In this document: piece after piece, positions 59,855 to 64,000 of the stretch
How positions within the stretch are numbered: the stretch's first letter is position 1
Layout: every line of letters starts with the position of its first letter
Assembly: GCA_963665325.3 (NCBI GenBank)
Contig: CAXXWS020000002.1
Span: forward strand, 1,184,001-1,248,000
Source: Alphaproteobacteria bacterium
GTDB lineage: Bacteria; Pseudomonadota; Alphaproteobacteria; Bin95
Reading direction: 5' to 3'
Length of the DNA stretch: 64,000 bases
Notes under the pieces: model-generated
Databases searched by the model: none
What the model was told of the DNA's origin: nothing
Seen by the model: the letters and a program-made list of their open reading frames with translations, nothing else
Made by a program: the position numbers and the translations under genes

Positions 59855-60733
59855 TTATTCGAAGGCCTGGTCCCAGCTTTCGGGCAGCAGGCGGTAGCCG
59901 CCGTTCTCGCGGACCAGGTGCGAGAAGCCGGGGAAGTGGAGGTGCATGCCGGCGATGAGCAGCCTGTCGCTGGCGGCCATGTCGAAAAGCCGCATGCGGG
60001 AGGCCGCCGCGCGCTCCGGGTCGGTGTCGAAGGCGATCGTCACTTCGGGATGCGCCACCTGGATATCGGGGACATGCACCGTGTCGCCCCAGATCAGCAG
60101 GCTGCGGTCTCCCGATGCGATCAGGTAGGCCGTGTGGCCGGGCGTGTGCCCGTGGGCGGGCAGCGCGGTGACGCCGGGGAACACCTCGCCCGACCCGAAG
60201 AGCCGCATGGCGCTGCTATAGGGCGCGATCTGGTCGCGGCCGGCCTGGAAATAGAGCAGCTTTTCGCGCTCGGTCGCCCGGCTCATCGCGGCGTCGTCGG
60301 CCCAGTGGCCGGGCTCGTTCTCGTGCATGACGAGCTCGGCATTGGGGAACAGGCGCGCGCCCGTCTCCCGGTCCGAGAGCCCGGCCGAATGGTCCGGGTG
60401 CATGTGGGTGAGCAGGATGGCGTCGATGGCGGAGGGCTCGATTCCCGCCGCCTTGAGGTTGCGGCCGAGCCATCCGGCGGTCGGACCCAGATAGGTGCCG
60501 GAGCCGGTGTCGATCAGCGCCGTGCGGCCGCCGGAGTGGACGACGAATGTGTTGACCGCGGTGCGCCGCGCCGGCTGGAAGACGGCCGCCATCTCGGCCT
60601 CGCCGACGGCCGGGTCGATGCCGTGAAGGACAGTGAGGTCGCCGTCCAGGTAACCGTCGCTGAGGGCGGTGACGGTGATGTCGCCGATGCGCCGGTGATA
60701 GACGCCGGGAATCTGGCCGGTCGGTGCGGGCAT
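59855..60733 (-). CDS. MBL-fold metallo-hydrolase
   Basis: LIDTG, THMHPDH, GHTPGH, WGD. Confidence 0.93.
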   Translation of the reverse strand: MPAPTGQIPGVYHRRIGDITVTALSDGYLDGDLTVLHGIDPAVGEAEMAAVFQPARRTAVNTFVVHSGGRTALIDTGSGTYLGPTAGWLGRNLKAAGIEPSAIDAILLTHMHPDHSAGLSDRETGARLFPNAELVMHENEPGHWADDAAMSRATEREKLLYFQAGRDQIAPYSSAMRLFGSGEVFPGVTALPAHGHTPGHTAYLIASGDRSLLIWGDTVHVPDIQVAHPEVTIAFDTDPERAAASRMRLFDMAASDRLLIAGMHLHFPGFSHLVRENGGYRLLPESWDQAFE

Positions 60734-60808
60734 GGGGCTGGGCCTCTTTCTCACTGCGGGCGGTCGGATACAATCATACCTCAAGCGAGCATGACGAGAG
60801 GAAACCCG

Positions 60809-61138
60809 ATGACCGCGCAGACACCGCCCGACCGCGACGCCGTTCGCGCCTTCGTTCCCAAGATGATCGAGATGACCGAGAAGGTCGTCTATGGCGATGT
60901 CTGGGAGCGCGAAGCCCTGTCGAAGCGCGACCGCAGCCTGATTACCGTGGCGACCCTGGTGGCGCTCGGCCGCGAGCGGCAGTTGAAGGGCCATGTTGGG
61001 CGGGCGCTCGACAATGGCGTGACGCCGGAGGAGCTTTCCGAGCTCATCACCCATCTGGCGCTCTATGCCGGTTGGCCCGCGGCGATGACGGCGGCGCTGG
61101 TCGCCAAGGACGTGGTCGCCGACCGCGAGTCCGCATGA
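60809..61138 (+). CDS. Carboxymuconolactone decarboxylase family protein
   Basis: YGDVWER..LSKRDRSLITV, HLALYAGWP. Confidence 0.9.
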   Translation: MTAQTPPDRDAVRAFVPKMIEMTEKVVYGDVWEREALSKRDRSLITVATLVALGRERQLKGHVGRALDNGVTPEELSELITHLALYAGWPAAMTAALVAKDVVADRESA

Positions 61139-62085
61139 AGCCTGCCGAAGGGCCGCATGTCTGGCGCGCGGCCGATCTTGCCGCCGACCGGTCATGGACC
61201 ATCGAGCTCACCCCGGCGGAAATCGCGTCGCTGGAAGCGGGACGCTTCGATCTGCCGCGCCTGGACGAGGTGCGGGCCGGGTTGGCGCGCAGACGCGGTC
61301 TCGCGCTTGTCCGCGGGCTGCCCGTCGCGCGCTATGGCGAAAAGACGGCGGCGGCGATTTTCTCCGGCATCGGCGATGCGCTCGGGATCGCCGTTTCGCA
61401 GAGCTACAAGGGCGACCGGATCGGCCATGTCCGCGATATCGGGGAAGCGGGGCGCTACTACACGGTGGGCGGCGCGCTCGAAATGCACATGGACCCGGTT
61501 GATGTCGTCGGGCTGCTCTGCCTGAAAAGAGCCGTCAGCGGCGGCGCGAGCCGGATTGCAAGCTCGGCTGCGGTGCATAACGCCGTCCTGGGAGAGCGGC
61601 CCGACCTCATGCCGTTTCTCCGCAGAGGCTTCCACTACACCAGCCGTCAGGAGGACAAGGCCGCCGCCGCGCCGCCGGTGACGCCCTGGCGTGTGCCGGT
61701 GTTCGGAGAAATAGACGGGCGGTTCGCCGCCTTCCTCCTGCCTATCGCCATCCGCAATGCTGAGCGGGAAGGGTCGGCGCTCTCCTCCCGGGAGCGCGAG
61801 GCGCTGGACGCCCTGGGCCGGACGGCAGCGCGCGACGAGCTTGCCTTCGAGATGGACCTTGAGCCGGGGGACATGCAGTTCCTGAACAACCGGCTGATCC
61901 TTCACGGCCGCGCGGACTATCGGGACTCTCCCGACCCTGCCCGAATGCGCCACATGTTGCGGCTCTGGCTGATGATGCCGGACTGGCCGCCGCGTCCCGC
62001 CAATATGAACATGCATGCCCGGCACGACCGCGCCGCCGGCGGCATCGCGCCGAAGACATCCGTTGAAACCGGGGACCGTCCATGA
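61135..62085 (+). CDS. TauD/TfdA-like dioxygenase (clavaminate-synthase-like type)
   Basis: MHMDPVDVVGLLC, GGAS, GDMQFLNNRLILHGR, RHMLRLWL. Confidence 0.88.
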   Translation: MKPAEGPHVWRAADLAADRSWTIELTPAEIASLEAGRFDLPRLDEVRAGLARRRGLALVRGLPVARYGEKTAAAIFSGIGDALGIAVSQSYKGDRIGHVRDIGEAGRYYTVGGALEMHMDPVDVVGLLCLKRAVSGGASRIASSAAVHNAVLGERPDLMPFLRRGFHYTSRQEDKAAAAPPVTPWRVPVFGEIDGRFAAFLLPIAIRNAEREGSALSSREREALDALGRTAARDELAFEMDLEPGDMQFLNNRLILHGRADYRDSPDPARMRHMLRLWLMMPDWPPRPANMNMHARHDRAAGGIAPKTSVETGDRP

Positions 62086-63260
62086 CCGAGCACCGTATTG
62101 CGCCGCTGTCCGTCGAGGAGGCCGTTGCGCGCGGCGGGCAAGTGCGCATCCATCCCGATCTCGCGCGGTTCGAGGTGATGCGGGCGCTGCTGCACCATCC
62201 GCCGCTCGCCAAGGCGATCCAAACTCTGCTCATCATGCTGCTCTTCAAGGGCCGCATTCTGGACGAGCGGCTGCGCGAGCTCGTCATCATGCGGATCGCC
62301 TGGCGGACGGCCTCGCTCTACGAGTGGACGCAACATTGGCGCGTTGCCCGCGACCTCGGCATGGAGGAAGGCGATATTCTGGGCGTCAGGGACTGGCAGG
62401 GTTTTGCCGGCTACGGAGCGCCGGAACGCGCCGTGCTCGCCGCCGTGGACGAAACGCTGGATACCGGCGCCGTTTCGCCCGGAACGATGGCTGCGTGCCT
62501 CGACATCCTTGGGAGTCCGGCTCAGGCGCTCGAACTGTTGGCGGCTATCGGCAATTGGCGGATGTTCTCGCAAGTGCTGCGGAGTCTGTGGATTCCGCTG
62601 GAGGAAGGCGTGGAGGCCTGGCCTCCCGACGGTGCGGCGCCGCCCAAGCCGGTGATCGGCGTTTCGGGCGGGATGGCGGGTCGGGAAGGTGTGGACGGCG
62701 CCCCGGTTCTGCCGCTGCTTTCGTCCGACGAGTCCGCCGGCCGCGGCAAGGAACTTGGCCTCGACGACGGGCAGTCCCGGCGCGCGCCCTACCGGTTGCT
62801 GCTGCAGCATCCGCCGCTTGCAAGGGCGCTGAACGGTTTGCTCTCGCGCCTTCTCTACAATGGCGTGCTGGATGCCCGCGTGCGCGAACTTGTCATCATG
62901 CGAACGGCATGGCGCACCGGCTCGGCGGTGGAATGGGCGCGCCATGTGCCGTTCTGCGGGCGGGTAGGGGTCTCCGACGCAGACCTGCTCGCGGTCCGGG
63001 GGCCTCTGGAGGACGCGGACTTCAACGCCGCCGAGCGTGCGGCGCTCATGGCGACCGACGATACGCTGGAGACCGGCGCGGTCGGGGACGATGCCTGGGC
63101 GGCCTGCGTGTCGGCGTTCGAAACCGTGCCGGAATTGCTGGAACTGGTGGCGGCGATTTCCCACTGGCGCATGTATTCCCAAATCCTGCGCAGCAGCGGC
63201 GCGCCGCATGAAGAAGGCGACACGGTCTGGGCGCCGGACGGCCGGTTCCCGGCAGGCTGA
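62082..63260 (+). CDS. Tandem two-domain CMD/AhpD-like protein
   Basis: Two copies of HPPLA...LD.R.RELVIMR.AWRT....EW..H. Confidence 0.85.
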   Translation: MTEHRIAPLSVEEAVARGGQVRIHPDLARFEVMRALLHHPPLAKAIQTLLIMLLFKGRILDERLRELVIMRIAWRTASLYEWTQHWRVARDLGMEEGDILGVRDWQGFAGYGAPERAVLAAVDETLDTGAVSPGTMAACLDILGSPAQALELLAAIGNWRMFSQVLRSLWIPLEEGVEAWPPDGAAPPKPVIGVSGGMAGREGVDGAPVLPLLSSDESAGRGKELGLDDGQSRRAPYRLLLQHPPLARALNGLLSRLLYNGVLDARVRELVIMRTAWRTGSAVEWARHVPFCGRVGVSDADLLAVRGPLEDADFNAAERAALMATDDTLETGAVGDDAWAACVSAFETVPELLELVAAISHWRMYSQILRSSGAPHEEGDTVWAPDGRFPAG

Positions 63261-63276
63261 GGCGGAAGGCGGGCCT

Positions 63277-63915
63277 ATGCATCCATCACCCCTGTTCCGG
63301 CAGGCCTCGCGGGAGGCCAATCTGGCCTTTGCGAGAGAGCGGGGGTTCGGCGTTCTCGCCGTGAGTGCGGGCGATGTCGGCGGGCCCCTGCTGAGTCACA
63401 TCCCGTTCCTGCTGGCGGAAGGCGGCGGCGCGGTCCACGCCCATCTCGCCCGGCCGAACCCGATCCTGAAATTCCTGGCGGAGGGCGAGCGGCCGGCCGT
63501 TCTGGCCGTCGGCGGCCCCGACAGCTACATCTCGCCCGACTGGTACGAGGCCGACCCCGGCCTGGTGCCGACATGGAATTATGTGGCGGTGCATCTGCGC
63601 GGTGTACTGCGGCTTCGTCCCGAAGAGACGCTCCCGGGCCATTTGGACGAGCTGGCGGCGCAATTCGAGGAACGGCTGTTACCCAAGCTGCCTTGGCGTA
63701 CGAGCAAGGTCCCGGAGCGGCAATTGGAGGCGCTGATGCGGGCGATCCTGCCGGTCGAACTCGAGGTAGAGGCGGTGGACGGCACCTGGAAGCTCAACCA
63801 GAACAGGCCGGACGAGGCGCGGCTCAATGCGGCCCGCCATGTCGAGGGCAGCGAGCTGGGCGTCGAAACGGCGGTGCTCGCCGGGCTGATGCGGAACCTG
63901 CCGGAGGCGGACTGA
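63277..63915 (+). CDS. FMN-binding negative transcriptional regulator (PaiB family)
   Basis: SHIPF, HLARPNP, YISPDWY, VPTWNYVAVH, KLNQN. Confidence 0.9.
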   Translation: MHPSPLFRQASREANLAFARERGFGVLAVSAGDVGGPLLSHIPFLLAEGGGAVHAHLARPNPILKFLAEGERPAVLAVGGPDSYISPDWYEADPGLVPTWNYVAVHLRGVLRLRPEETLPGHLDELAAQFEERLLPKLPWRTSKVPERQLEALMRAILPVELEVEAVDGTWKLNQNRPDEARLNAARHVEGSELGVETAVLAGLMRNLPEAD

Positions 63916-63919
63916 ACCC

Positions 63920-64000
63920 ATGCTGCGTTTCGATGACTACAGGATTTTGGTGACCGGCGGGTCGAGCGGCATCGGCAATGCCATGGCGACAGCGTTTCGC
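63920..64000 (+). CDS. SDR family oxidoreductase (5' end only)
   Basis: MLRFDDYRILVTGGSSGIG Rossmann motif. Confidence 0.8.
   Translation, partial: MLRFDDYRILVTGGSSGIGNAMATAFR

Overview
High-GC alphaproteobacterial chromosome segment (taxonomy inferred from gene order; Rhodospirillales-like). The left part holds conserved housekeeping clusters: tolB-tolA-tolR-tolQ-ybgC-ruvBAC-yebC-ymdB-ygfA-6S RNA-zapA, then tkt-gap, then dedA-dsbB-coq7-prs-rplY-pth-ychF. The rest is a patchwork of catabolic and redox enzymes (five TauD-like dioxygenases, three LLM oxidoreductases, GSTs, an amidase, a CoA-transferase, a thiolase/OB-fold pair, CMD/AhpD proteins). Two signals stand out. (1) The ORF track splits a probable selenoprotein in two: 57050-57574 reads through an in-frame TGA (motif D-U-G-S-C-S-S-C), a bacterial SECIS-like hairpin follows immediately, and an uncharacterised 349-aa partner gene ending in CxxC lies directly upstream. 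(2) A ~570-580 bp non-coding element occurs twice (14725-15290 and 59165-59745), with a conserved extended -10 promoter-like motif, a covarying 5' hairpin, a variable hairpin-rich middle and a helically phased array of five CATGAC boxes. No CRISPR array, tRNA, rRNA or transposase was seen. All family assignments come from motif recognition by eye, without database searches.
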